In this document: positions 1 through 12,394 of the stretch, one piece after another
Layout of the letters: each line of letters starts with the position of its first letter
How positions within the stretch are numbered: the stretch's first letter is position 1
Origin: Octopus sinensis
Taxonomy: Eukaryota
DNA: 48,441 nt
Assembly: GCF_006345805.1 (NCBI RefSeq)
Contig: NW_021834397.1
Span: forward strand, 1-48,441
Direction of reading: 5' to 3'
The notes under the pieces: generated by a model
Seen by the model: only the letters and a program-made list of their open reading frames with translations
What the model was told of the DNA's origin: nothing
Databases searched by the model: none
Program-made: the position numbers and the translations under genes

Positions 1-1959
1 TTCTCAACTCCATATCCTTCAAGGACGGCATCTCTTCTGTCCTCCAGTTTGGAGAAATGGGGTGTCTCGTCATTGCTGTCCCCGTCATTCCCCCCCACTG
101 ATTATATTTCCTTATTTCTTGAATACACTTTATTTATTTGTATAATAAGTTACGATATTAATTGGGGGCCTGTTCCCCTCAACTCGAGGATTTGCGAAGG
201 TCGTGTTCTATACAATCCACTTCTCCACTCAAACATGGTCATCTCATCTGGGCTTTTTCCATTCTTACGGTCGAGTCCAACTGGTTTGTGTAGGGAAGGA
301 AATCAGCAGAATTGAGTGGTTTTTTACCATGTTGATGCATTTGGGAGTAATTTTCTTTTGTCTCGCCGTATGAGTTCCCTGCCAGCCTAGAATAGAGTTC
401 GACTGGTTCATGAGCATCATTGGTGCTGTTTTCGTGATGTCTTTCAATAATGTATGTCGGGGAATTAAGACCATTTAAGTTGGTAGACTAATGCACATTG
501 ATATTTGAATCTTGGTTTATTTAAATATTCGACAATTGGAAAGTCTATTGTGCCAATTCTCAATTTTTGATTTTATTTTAGAGATGGGTTTGACACTCCA
601 GACTATACCTGCGGAAACAGAACATGCACCTTATTAATGGGGCTGACGAATAATACGCCAAATAATAACATCACTAGTACTAAGTTGCCCAAACTCAGCA
701 AGTACAGGTATTGCCAGTAATAATAGGTCCGTTTCCGATGGAACCTGCAGTCATTGTAGCTTCATTAATTTTCCAGGTCTTGATTGCAGATTGACTGGAG
801 GGTGGGATTTTCTTTCAAGGTCAGAGAATAATCTTTCTTATCTTCTATTCTTTTTTTCTTTTACATTTTCACCAGTTGGTTTCATGGCATTGATCCCTCT
901 GTATTCAGCACAACAGTATTTTATATATTATTTGTTGGTTGAGTTGGTTGACACCTCTCACTTTGTGATGTCTTTATCGTACTCTCGATCTGTCCATCCT
1001 ACGCTTTTTCCATAGCAGCTTTCAGTGTCAGAGGAAGCGCGTCACTTTAACAATCAGTTCAATCGGGAGGATACTTCATTGCTCTCACAATTCGACAGCC
1101 TCGTTCACTGAAAAATATATTTACAGAGTAATTCTTTGACTGAATAACAACAGGTGCAGCGGGTTATGATAATATTTGCTGAGCACACCGACCAAGCTTG
1201 CAGAAAGGATAGCCTTTATATTTCAGTAATGTACATTGCAAAAGTAAGCATAGTGAGTGAATCCAACTCATCTCATTAGTCCAGGTGAGATGCATTCCAT
1301 TTGCTATTTTTAATAATTTTTGTGAAAAGTAAACATAGTGAGTGAATCCAGCTTCTCCAAAGACCAGCGATAATTTTTGTGAAAAGGTATTGCTGAATGT
1401 TCAGATTATATTCTTACGTTTTTAATCAACATATTTTGCATGAATCGGTCAAATAGGACCTCAGTTGGTCCAAGTCATGGTTATTTTCTGCGGACAACTT
1501 GTTTTGCAAACACTGAACAACATATTCGTTGTCGTCATTTCTCGACTTAGGTTGTTAAATATCTTCGAGTCATTGAGGGTTGACCATACCTTTGAAGTTG
1601 AGCTATTTTTTACACATTTTGTAATGTTCGTCATAGCCATTGAAACAACTGCTTTTGAACATGTAAGCTGACTAATTCACGTTGGCAGGCAACAATAATT
1701 ACATTGCCCTCTTAATTAATCAGACTTAAAAAGGATAAAACTAAGTACAAATCGAGGTCTAATAACCTCAATAATATTTGATGTTGTATTAATAATTCTC
1801 CCTGATGAGTACATTTTAGACACAAACTGACAATATTTAAATCAAGTATATACAGAAGAAAACTAGATGTGAGCTAGAGTAAGTGGCTGAAAGAATAGTC
1901 GAGAGCCTAAGGGTCAGCTCAATGCACAGCGCATGTCAGACACAAACAACATATTCGGC

Positions 1960-2945
1960 GGATCTGATGATAAAACTAATAGAGGAATTAGTAGATTACT
2001 CAGATGTGATAATGTTCTATAAAAGAATACAGTCTAATCTTTAATTGTCAACTTGGCACTAAGAGGCATTGTCAAGGTGCAAAGGAGCAAGCACTCATTA
2101 ACTGTTGTGTGAACAGGTCACATGAGTATAAATTATTTTCTTCATGGGTAGATGTTAAAAAAGCCTTTGACTCAATCAATCACGAATTCCTTGCAGTGAT
2201 TCTGAAAAACTCCGGGCTTCCTGAATGGGTAACAAAGTTTATAATGTCAATAATTCCAAATTGGAAGGTCTCCCTCAAATTAGGAAAGCAGCATCTGGGA
2301 ATTGTTAACATAGAACGTGGAATACTCAAGTAGATTCCCTGTCTCCTCGGTTGTTTATTTTGACTTTCCTTGTACAATTATTATATCGGCCTTCTGGATT
2401 TGGAACCGTCCGCTTTTGATGAAATTGACAAATTTGTCAGGAAGCTGTTAATGGATCTAAATATTCATATGAAATATTCAAAAAGAGAACCTAATATGGC
2501 TTATTGAAGTGGGTGTGACTTCAATAGATAACCTAAAGAGTGTGGAAGTAGAAAAATTGCACAAATACGACATTTTAGCTAGTGAATTACAACTGATTCA
2601 CAAGGCTAGGTGAAGATTGTGCCAATTGTTATTACGTGGGATAGAATCGTCTCAACGTTCTACCGCAAGTACATGGAGCTCCTTGGGATTGAAGAAAGTG
2701 TTTGTTCCTACATCCAGACTGTAACGCTGAAGGCCACTCTGGAGAGCATGTTTGTCGAGTACAAACATGGCTTCACTGAAATCCTGGACTCTGCAAATTC
2801 CGTAAATAGGGACTGGCGGAAATATAATGAAGGTCAGCAAGTCCCTTAAGAGACCCAGAGACTGCAGGAGGAGATTGAGGATAATGGCGAGGACGATCAG
2901 AGTGGAGTCATGGGGAACTCGGAAAACAAAAATTGGAGAGTATTA
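1960..2945 (+). mobile_element. Internally deleted RLE-type non-LTR retrotransposon, related to the element at 34200-37790
   Basis: Fragments CQGAKEQALIN, SSWVDVKKAFDSINHEFL, RGIL..DSLSP, IEVGVTS.DNLKSVEVEKLHKYDIL and KIVPIVITWD are collinear with the longer copy, with large deletions and stops. Confidence 0.85.
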
Positions 2946-3002
2946 TTAATTAGCTAAATTAGATGAATTAAAAGAGGGAATAAAATAGAGTGTAGTGTGG
3001 TG

Positions 3003-5759
3003 ATGGATCTGTCAATGTGTTGGAGCAATCAGTGTTGGGAAGTAGAGTGTTGTGTAAAGTTGTAGACCCGTGTGAAGTGAAGAAGTGCCTGGAAGTGCTG
3101 GAGGAGGCGTGTGAAAGGAATTTAGTGGGTGGTGTGAGTAAAGTGTAGACGGAAGTGATGTTGGAGCTGTCGGAAGTAATAAAGGGGGAGAGCAAGGAGG
3201 TAGTATGTAGACAGGCGTGCATCCAATTGAAGAATATAATATTTGGAGTGTGAACAGTGAGAAGCGTGTGTGGCTGGCGCAACGGTGGAGAGAGCAGGAA
3301 GAGTGGGCGCGTGAGAGGATAAAATGGAATGTGAGGAGTGAGTAATGAGGCAGATTGTGTGTGGACTGGGAAAGGAGAGGTGGAGACCGAGCAGTGTGGC
3401 GATGGTGTATTCTGCAGTGGCGTGTGTGGAGATGGCGTTTGGAGAGTGGGAGGAGGGAGTGGTGTTATTGTGCAACAACGTGATGGAGGGGCGTGTGACG
3501 GAGGCCAGTTTGGAGGCTCTGGGGTTCATAGCGAATGACCTGGTGTGGTGTGTGGTAATAGTGCAGGACTGTTCGTACATGGCCCAACACACGGACTTGT
3601 TGGTGAGTGCGATTGTGCGTGGAATGGAGGCGAGTGTGTGAGTGGTGTTTGTCCTATTTAGTGGATATATCCAATTGGCCGCACTGAGGGCTCTCCACTC
3701 GACAGTCCCCCTCCTGCAGGCCAAGGTCCCCCTCCTCTGGTCTACGATAGAATGAACGGGACGTGATAATGAAGGTGGTCTGCCAGTCGTGCCACTCGTC
3801 GGACGTGGGCGTGGCCGACATGTCCCTCAAGTGCCTGGATGTCATGGCCACACACTTTTACGAGTACTTGGAGGACTACATGGCCGACTTGATCTTCCCG
3901 GTAGTGAGGACATGACATGTACAGATCACGCTCAATGCCATCCAAAGTGAGTCACACGTCCTCCAGGGAATCGAGTTCTGGTCGAGCATTTGTGAGGTGG
4001 AGTTGTCCTCCCCCCACTCGTCCAAGTTGTACGCACAGGCAGCCATGCCCCACATTATATACCCAATACTCACACACCTCCCCAAACAACACGAGGATGA
4101 CGACACCGACGGCTGCTGGATCCCCCCCAAAGCAGCCTCCGTCTGTCTCACACTCCTCAGCGAATGCTGCCACGACCACATCCTCCCCCACGTCCTCCAC
4201 TTTGCAGAACAGTTCATCGGACATGCCCATTGGAATATGCGGGAGGCCGCCGTGATGGCATTCGGTCGTGTTTGTGTGTCACTCCAGGCTGTGTCGTCCG
4301 CCACAACATTGCCCCACACGCCCTCCGCGTCCTCCCCCTCCTCCTCACACTCGCCACTACCGACCCCAGTGTGGCAGTCCGCGACACAGTCGTCTGGGTA
4401 CTCGGCCAGTTGTGCGAGCACGTCCCCCCACTCCCCTTCCACGACATTGCCCACACACTCCGCACGTGTCTCACACACGAACCACGAGTGGCCACCAATG
4501 CCTGCTACGTTACCATTCTTATTCACTTGTAGGCACTCTCCACTCTTGCTTCCACTCTGGCCCCTCACTCACTCTCCCCCACTTTCACCATCTGTTCGAC
4601 GCACTCTTTCGCCTCTGCACTACACACTACGACTCGGTGTACTACGAGACTCTGATCTGTCTGATCACACACAACATACTCCCCGACATGTCTCCTGTCC
4701 TCTCACATTACTTCCCACTCATCGTCCAATTCCTACAACATACACTCCAATTTGACAATCAATTCCACGTACAGTCACTCCTCTGTGCACTCATCAGAGT
4801 ACTCCCCCCCATCACGACAGTCCATTGTCCTCCTCCTCCCCCTCTCACAACTCACACACGCAGACACTGCCTTCCACATCCTCTCCACCTTCCTCTCCTC
4901 CCCCGCCCACCACCATGTCCACGAGGACGCCCTTTACGCCCTCTCTCCCTTTCTCGACGATACTAACACTCACACCATTCTCCCCCTCTTGCTTAATCTC
5001 CTCACACCCCACAACGACCAACAGGTTCTCCACTCTCCCCATCACAGGTCTTGTTCGCCTGTCTGGCACTCCTCGCCGACATCCACTCCCCTCAACACAT
5101 CCTTCCCTACGCACACCCCCTCATGTCCTCTCTCTGGAATATCCTCCTCGTAACTCTCCTCACTATTCCACAGAGTCCACACACCTCCGACAAACTCAAG
5201 GCTGTCATTTTGGCCGGCTTCGGGGACTTGGCCTTGTCACTTGGCCACCACTTTGCCCCATTCGCCACCCTCGTCCTCGACACACTCCAATCCGCTGCCT
5301 CCGCCTCGTTCGACCAAGTCCTCCCTTCCCTCATTCCAGTCCACACAACAAGGCCTCGCTCTCCTCTCACAGACACACGAAGCATGCATTCAGGCATACA
5401 CCGGCATTGTCCAGGGACTCGCGGGTGCCTTGTTCTTTAACCACCAGCATCACACTCTTCTCTCCTCAATCCACACCTCCCCTTCTTGTTCGACTTTCTC
5501 ACTTCCGTCGCTGCCAACTCTTCCATTTACGACATTTCCACCCTCGAAAATTTGTGCGGACTATTGGGGTGTCCACACCTTCTCACTCCTAGGGACATGT
5601 TGGGCATGTTTTCCACACAAACTCGTTCCTCTTCGCCTCGACTCCGTCAACCAACTGTTGACCAACGACCGGCTCACATGCACCCCCAACGGCAAGAAGA
5701 CTGTCAATTGGGTTAAGAAGCAGTTAAAAAAGGCAAATAAGGCGTATGACTGTGTATGA
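3003..5759 (+). CDS. KPNB1: Importin subunit beta-1 (karyopherin beta 1), about 14-15 introns of 22-28 nt, with a few probable assembly frameshifts
   Basis: Spliced translation gives ACIQLKN, EASLEALGFI, NERDVIMKVVCQ, LQGIEFWSSICEVE, KQHEDDDTDGCWIPPKAASVCL, WNMREAAVMAFG and DPSVAVRDTVVWVLGQLCE. Example introns: gtagagtgttgtgtaaagttgtag and gtaactctcctcactattccacag. Confidence 0.95.
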
Positions 5760-5822
5760 TTGTTCTTTCTTTTGTTTGCTTGTTATTCTGTGGCCACCAA
5801 CGTAGGGACTATTCGAGTAGGC

Positions 5823-6330
5823 ATGTCGGTAGTTTACATTACCCACATTTCTCCTCTCCTTATTCCCTTCGTTGGCCCATCTGTATAGTTGTTAATATAG
5901 GTGGTGATGTGTGCAGGACATAAATGGGACGAGCAGGGCGAGTAGTACAATATATGACTGATATTGTCGGCCTACATTCACGACAGTGAGTTGGTACGTC
6001 TACATGCACTACCGAGTGGGGCAAAGGTACGAGTCCTCTTTACACGTAGAGACCGCAAGTTGTTGAACTACGACAGTGTGGTGGCCATCGAGCCACTACT
6101 CAAAAATAAGTGCCACGTTTATTAATATCCCAGCTATGTCAGGCAACTAAAGAAGAACATGGAGGCCGATATCATGAAGGACGTCGAGGGGTGGGCCAAT
6201 ATTAGCCAGTCTACCACAACGAGGGCGACCACTGGATTGACCCTTCCATCGACGAGTACTACGCATGCTCCACTCAGGTATGAGGAACCGATTTAAGTAC
6301 AAAAACACGTCCTTCACTCCCCTCTTCTAA
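5823..6330 (+). CDS. NDUFA13: NADH dehydrogenase 1 alpha subcomplex subunit 13 (GRIM-19)-like; frame disrupted (low-quality sequence or pseudogene)
   Basis: Fragments VAIEPLL, YVRQLKKNMEADIMKDVEGW and YHNEGDHWIDPSIDEYYA resemble the GRIM-19 C-terminal half, and short GT-AG introns are present. The 5' exon structure is uncertain. Confidence 0.65.
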
Positions 6331-7619
6331 TACTCCACTTACTCTCTCTTTACTAATCTCATTCAACCTACTTCTTTTAGATCCATCAAGGGTGCCTGTC
6401 AGTCACTTAGTTTGTTCATGACAGTCCTGTTCACACGTCCCTTCACATTAACGCTTAGAAAATGCGAATGCTGTCAAATGTTTTGCGAAGCTGTGTATAG
6501 TTGCTTTTTCTATTCAAGGAACTCTTGGTGACCCTCTTACTACGACGTCAACACCTGATAATTCCCAATTGTCGACAGGCATATACAACAAATTCACCCG
6601 AGAACATTAAACTCTGTGGAACATACTAAATGACCATGGTTTATTTTACAGGTCCTCTCTTTGACTTTGCCGACACTCAGTAGACTTGGTCCCCTGGGGT
6701 TGTCATGTTGAGTAATATGACGAATGGATGTGTTTGAGGGAGTGTGTGGACAATATGTTCCCCCAATGGAGTACAACAAAGTAGGGTCAATTAATTCCCT
6801 TGGTTAAGCGCAACAGATCGCAGTTTTCTTTGGTTAGGTGATCACTATCTCACTATGTAAGGTAGGTTAGTGACCTTTATTTGTGGCTTTTCCAAGCCAT
6901 TTTTTACTAGTGTAAACGTATTTCACTACATTAAGCAAAGAATTTAGAGCTTAATTTAGTCAGCAATGCCAATTTGGCAGAGACAGCGACAGATAATCAA
7001 CTTTATTGCACACTAAAAAGAAAGGAAGGCGACTCAGTGCCTCTTTGTAGTCCTCCAACTGACACTTTCAGTTGTGGACTCTGAAATAGCCAGACTATGA
7101 CTCAGTGATGATAGACTGCGCGGTAAGGAAACCCTCGCCAAACGGAAATAGCCTGACTAGATCACGCTTTATTGCATACGACGTCCAGCACAAAACTGAA
7201 AATTCTAGTTTACGACAAATATGAGCTCCTTTTCTGAGCTCCATTGACAATATTGATATATTTTCTGTCAATGAACGACTGATGATTATTGAAAAATGCA
7301 GTATCTAATGATTTGTTGGAGGTTCTGGTAGATACTACAATAAATAGTTAAGTTTGATCGGAAACACAAATGAGTAATTATTGAAGATGGAAACATAACA
7401 ATGTTGGAAACACGCATGAGTAATTATTAAAGAAAGTTATAGGCTGGAAGATGTATTTGTGCAATGTGCTTTCCACCGAATTATTATTGAATAACCTCAC
7501 AAATTTTCTTATTTACAGAAATCTTATGAATAATATTGAGTTAGCCAATTTTTGTTCAATTTATAAATGATTTATTTACGGATTTTATGGAAGTATCCAG
7601 TCGAAACTCAAAATGCTTC

Positions 7620-8305
7620 AGAGGTTGTCCAGGATGAGTTTGGCAATGAAAATGGAGTGTTTGTTGTGGAGTACTCCTCTGGTGTCACCACGGACTGTTC
7701 CGCAATTTCTATTGTCTTGTGAGGCATCTCCTTCACTTCGCAGTGAAAAACTGCCAAGTTGAAGAAAGGCCCTAGTCGGTTGAGGTTGTCGGGCTGCAGA
7801 GAGAACAGAGACAATTAATGTGCTTACGAATAGGCCTCTAAGATTTGTATCACCTCCTCTACACATGTAAAATAAGAGACTTTCTTAATGGGTCGACTAT
7901 TTCCGTCTTGTAGCAGAGATGGTCGTCGACTGTTTTGTAGTATTACACCCTAATCTCGGGTGAGTGAGATTGGTGGGGCAGTCCAACACTTTCTCACAAT
8001 ACTGCAAACTTCTTCCCTCTCCTTCTCAATCATTCCATTTATCAGACATCTCGTCAATCGATTTCAGCAGTCGGTGCGACGTAGGTGGCATCCAATCCGT
8101 GTTTTGTAGGTAATTGAAACCAGGCATTTCTCCTCTTGCTCAATTCTCTACAATTCCTTTGTTAATAATCTTGACTGCTTCCGAAACAGAAACCACTGCG
8201 ACACCGCTTGCCTAAAATTTTTTCTTATATGCTATCCGTGGATTAGCACTGCTTGGATGGACGTAAATAATACACAATCTCCCTCTGCTTTAATAAATGT
8301 GGCAT
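7620..8305 (-). pseudogene. Highly divergent 14-3-3-like pseudogene, copy A
   Basis: Minus-strand fragments follow 14-3-3 order: EEKCLVSITYKTRIG (~EERNLLSVAYKNVVG), IEKEREEVC, PEIRV*YYKTV.DH.CYKTEI (~[20 protein letters not shown]), PDNLNRLGPFFNLAVFHCEV (~HPIRLGLALNFSVFYYEI) and SIFIAKLILDNL (~STLIMQLLRDNL). A stop and a frameshift are shared with copy B. Confidence 0.7.
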
Positions 8306-8798
8306 TCCAGTAAAAATATATGATTTAAACGACAATCATGAAAAAAATAGTGTTCTATCTTTTTGTGAATAGGGACGGAGTAGGTTTAAAAGTATTACAA
8401 AGTGTTCTATCTCCTATATCGAAAGATTATTTGTTCAAGGCCCGACGAGAACATACATTCTGGCACTTGTAATGAAAAAGACACTAGAAAGCATAGGAAT
8501 GGGAATTAATATGCCTAATAAAGAAGTCATTACGGCAGTTGTTTGCAATGACAAACTAATAATGCGAAAACCCCAGATGAAACAAATTGACAAATTATAA
8601 ATGACTCTGAGCATGAAAGTAAATGTGGAAAGAATGAGTTATGGAGTTCCCTCAAGATGAGAAAAATTTCCAAAAACTAGGATCAATAATTACTTAATTT
8701 CTTATTATTTTTGGTTTTGGATTTAGTTAGTAAAGTTTTTAATTTATTTGTTGTCTAACCAATGAGTTATTCGCAATAAAATATTAGCTTTAATTAGA

Positions 8799-9585
8799 AT
8801 GCTTTCACTTGTCCTACTTTTTGTTCACGTAGTGGTCCAAAGAGACTGTGATTTAACAGAAGGGTTTTTGAAAAATTGCTTATTTGAATTAGAGATTTGG
8901 AATACTGTGAATTCAATGGAGAAAATGCTGCAGGACATAACACAAGAATTTTCATTTATAGCAACGTTGTATTTCCAAATGGAGAAATATTCGCGAATTT
9001 AACAAACTTGGAGGATTTGTAATTAACATTTTATTAACACTAGTTACTGTAATGGAAACTCGCTAAAGAGAATACTAAACAACTCATTTGACGGGTTGAA
9101 TCACCTAGACTATATGTACATTCAAATATTTTGAATCACTAGATCACTGTATTCCTGTAGTGACCTTCGTTACGTGAACGTAGATGCATTTGCACGTCTA
9201 GTCGCATTATCATCTCTGTACAAATCTTATTCTAACATTAAAGTGACATGCCATCAAATACCATTTTCCAGAGGCCAAAAATCAGTCGTCCCCTCTACAT
9301 GGGGTATTTTAACTTACTGACTTTGTAGTATTTGACGGCCAGAAAATGTGCATATTCACAAATGGGTCCCAACCCATAATGTATACTTATATATTCAAAT
9401 ATAAGGATTACGACAGTGACAGATGAGCTAGATATCAAATTAACTGATAAAAGTGTAGAAATAGATCCAGACGCAACACTAATCAGTGAGGAAGCCTATG
9501 GTGTGTTATTTTACTCACAATAGATTGCAACCTCTGCCGATATCCCGGATCAAGCAATCTTCTATGCTGGAAGGATTGCTTTTGA
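8799..9585 (+). CDS. Secreted leucine-rich-repeat protein, copy A (7 introns; 2-nt deficit near 9330 relative to copy B)
   Basis: Introns at 8864-8892, 9019-9043, 9116-9142, 9218-9243, 9304-9328, 9381-9405 and 9501-9523. Product has a hydrophobic N-terminus MLSLVLLFVHVVV, LRRs IFANLTNLEDFYCNGNSLKRILNNSFDGLNHLDYISLYSCSDLRYVNVDAFARL, and a Cys-rich tail CNLCRYPGSSNLLCWKDCF*. Confidence 0.85.
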
Positions 9586-9653
9586 CCTACATTTCGGATG
9601 TTACTAATTGACTAACCTAATTATTTGCTTTAATATTTCCTTGTTCCTCTTTT

Positions 9654-9780
9654 GCGACACCACTTGCCAAAAATTCTTTTTTAGATGCTATTCATGGATT
9701 AGCACAGCTTGGATGGATGTGAAATAAAACACAATCTTCCCATGCTTAATAAGTGTGGCATTCCTGTAAAAATGTAATTT
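9654..9780 (-). repeat. Diverged copy of the 14-3-3-like 5' end (matches 8198-8320; also at 39639-39800)
   Basis: gcgacaccacttgccaaaaatt...aagtgtggcattcctgtaaaaat matches gcgacaccgcttgcctaaaatt...aaatgtggcattccagtaaaaat. Confidence 0.8.
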
Positions 9781-9784
9781 AATG

Positions 9785-10170
9785 CGCTCTACGCCCTGCT
9801 TTCCCGAACAAGAATACTTATTTCGCCTCGATAATCTGGTTTCCAAAGCCCTTGTGCAGTTTTAATGATATTTACTTGTGATAAAATTCAAATCTGATGA
9901 TATTCTGCGTGCTAATTTGCCCATCCGTTATGGGGGCATCGGTATTCGCTCTTGCCGTGATTTATCCCTTCCGTGTTACCTATCATCGTTGTCCGCCTCC
10001 ACTAATTTCGTCAACTCTGTTCTTTTTCCCTCTTCTGAACAGTGCGAGTTGTTGGAATATGCGGCTGGTGTCAGCGTGTTGGTTTCTCGGGGGCTTAAAG
10101 TCCTGGACATTCCGTCGGCTCAAAGGAACTGGGACAACATATATTGTTCGCATGTAATTGAAGATATCCG
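9785..10170 (+). mobile_element. CRE-like non-LTR retrotransposon fragment
   Basis: ANLPIRYGGIGIRSCRDLSLPCYLSS post-RT motif and QRNWD. Confidence 0.7.
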
Positions 10171-10639
10171 TAAAATATTTTTACAATCCTGATTAAATAT
10201 ATTATTGTCATCATGCCTCGGAATATATTGAATTATTTAGTTAAGAATCCAGATCGTCAGTGATTTCTCTTCTTTGCTTGGAAGAAGAGTTTGGCCCAAA
10301 CTTCCCTTAATTTTCCATTTCTGCGTAGTTGTTCAGCTGAGTGTCCTCGCAACATGCTAGCTTAGCAAGTTGATTGGCAGCCGATGCGTACTCTTCATTA
10401 GCTACCCTCATTCCGTGTCTGTGTTCAATGAGCTACTCTACAGCGTCCTCTTCAGCACAACCGATTGGATGTATGTACAAGTTCCATCTTCAATGGATAA
10501 CTTATTATGAATTTTAAAGAACTTTGAGACAACTCCACTCCATGTAAGACAATCGGAATAACCTTTAAAAAAGAATACACGACTTGATGATAAAAGTTGT
10601 AAAAATAGTGATCATTATAAATCCGATTATTCATCTCTC

Positions 10640-11100
10640 TTCTCTTTCACGACTCATCGATCTTTTATTTGGGAAAAAAGGTTCACCAAGGAGATCCACT
10701 CTCCTATTTGCCCTCGCAGTGGACCATATTGCCCGCTCAATTTGTGGTATCTTGATGATATCCCCTTTGTGGTATCTTGATGATATCCCCTTTGTGGTAT
10801 CTTGATGATATCCCCTTCTCCGATGGAACACTCCTATCACAAATAAAAAACGTGAGCTTGTTGCCTCTATGATTCGGTGGTATTGCTCGGGCATGTTCGG
10901 TTTTGGAGACACTCTTCCCTGTCGGTTAAACGAGACATTTCAATATAAACAACGTCGTCAAACGGGGCTTTAATGGCCTCCCTTCGGTTGGAGCCTACTG
11001 GTCTTGATTGAGGAGACGGCAAACGTCCGCATGGAATGACGGCCTTCTCATTCAACAAGGGAATGTGCCCCGTATGGAAAGTAAACTATGTCCTGCCTTC
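10640..11100 (+). mobile_element. CRE-like non-LTR fragments (RT core joined to RLE region)
   Basis: QGDPLS, FALAVDHIARS, WYLDD and LEPTGLD*GDGKRPHGMTAFSF. Confidence 0.75.
10741..10815 (+). repeat. Perfect 25-bp tandem triplication tttgtggtatcttgatgatatcccc
   Basis: Three consecutive identical units. Confidence 0.95.
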
Positions 11101-11479
11101 GCTCTCGCCAGGCCGAGGATATCAAACGGTGTAGGCGTCGCTTACTTACTCCGTTCATCCTAATATGCATTGACTAAGCAGTGACAATAATTAATGTTAT
11201 AAATTAGGACTGTTCAGGAATGCCACATTTCCTGCCAAATGTGACCTGAGTGCAATAATCAGGCGACCACTCGAATGGAAACAACCCTTCCTCTGACAAA
11301 TACAGTCAACACGTCATACCCATAGAAAAGCCCCCGAACACTGCTGGGTTGCCACCCTAGCATTGCTGTCATACACAAGCGAGGTTGTGCACTTTACATC
11401 CTTCTAATTCACATAATACAAACTACCCCATTTACAAATTCCACACGAGAAGGTTTTCAGTATTTTCAAACTAAATTTA

Positions 11480-12059
11480 GATTAATAAAAATACTTTAAT
11501 GTTGGGGAAACATTCTTTGGTTGAATCGACGTGGTGATCTCCAACTCAATGTCAGACATGTCGGAAACATCAAAGGATAACTCATCTCTACACAACATCA
11601 AATCATAAACCCAACTTCCCGTTTTCTGAGTCTATAAGCCTCAGGAACAACATATTCTCCCTCCTCTCTCCTATTTGATGGGGTAAATACGAGTCCATCG
11701 AGCTTAAATATATCCACGGAGTCACCTCAGTGTCGTCATCTCCTCTTTTTTGTCTGATTTGAGTATTTTTTGATATTTGTTTGGTAGGCGGGGGTCTCTG
11801 AGTGGTCACATGAACTACTTTCGAAGGCACGTGCTCTGATTGAGGTCCACTTGTGGGCTTGGATTTCTTTTTTCCGTATTCTTGCCATTGTGTCTGATCA
11901 AGTAAGAGGAACTTGGCCTACAGTGCCCTCTCTGATGGCGGATATGGCTTTGGAGACCATTTGTTGGTTGTCCTTGAGGGAGGTTATTGCTGTCGTTTCT
12001 GAGCATCCAGTTTGATTCATTATTTGTTTAACTTGTTCGGAGAAAGCAGAGCTGTCCAT
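11480..12059 (-). CDS. Small UBA-domain protein gene with a UBAP2/lingerer-like N-terminus (short introns, frameshift)
   Basis: MDSSAFSEQVKQIMNQTGCSETTAITSLKDNQQMVSKAISAIREGT, then a 28-nt GT-AG intron, then TQWQEYGK. This resembles the UBAP2 UBA plus WExVGKKK motif. The 3' end is uncertain. Confidence 0.45.
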
Positions 12060-12394
12060 TTGTCAGTTAAAGTCTATTTTGATTGTAATAAATAACTACA
12101 GCACAAATCAATATTACACGTTATTGATAATGTATTTATTTGTAAATTAAAAATATATTTTAATAATAATTAAATATATTTGAACTAAAATTACTGGCTG
12201 TTGATCTAAAAATAGTAATGTACACTAAATCATATAAAAACGGTAATTATTTTAATGCTGGCAACAAATCAGAAATCTCCAAAATAGCTTGAAAGGTCGC
12301 AGCGCGTCTTCGCTGGACTGACCCTCAAGTCAGCGACATTATTTCTTTTTAAAAAAACTTATTTATCGACAAAAAAGAGTATAAAGATTATTTA

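Larger units (their letters stand above)
7625..9780. repeat. Segmental duplication copy A; copy B is 28397-28714 joined to 37897-39765
   Basis: Direct near-identity seen on alignment by eye, about 97% outside the LRR exons. Confidence 0.95.

Noticed and set aside
1-1750. Possible minus-strand host gene and small local duplications (catagtgagtgaatcca, taatttttgtgaaaag at 1249-1386)
   Set aside because: No recognisable motif or consistent spliced frame could be built.
3122-5592. Many long overlapping His/Thr/Pro/Ser- or Gly/Val-rich ORFs on both strands (also 46465-47859)
   Set aside because: Shadow frames produced by stop-poor skewed composition. The spliced importin beta and spectraplakin explain the regions.
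6400-6900. Minus-strand coding-like segment (ELIDPTLLYSIGGTYCP) with a possible short intron
   Set aside because: I could not assign a family or a complete gene model without a search.
10741-10815. Possible CRISPR-like repeat
   Set aside because: Contiguous units with no spacers, no cas genes, and a eukaryotic retroelement context.
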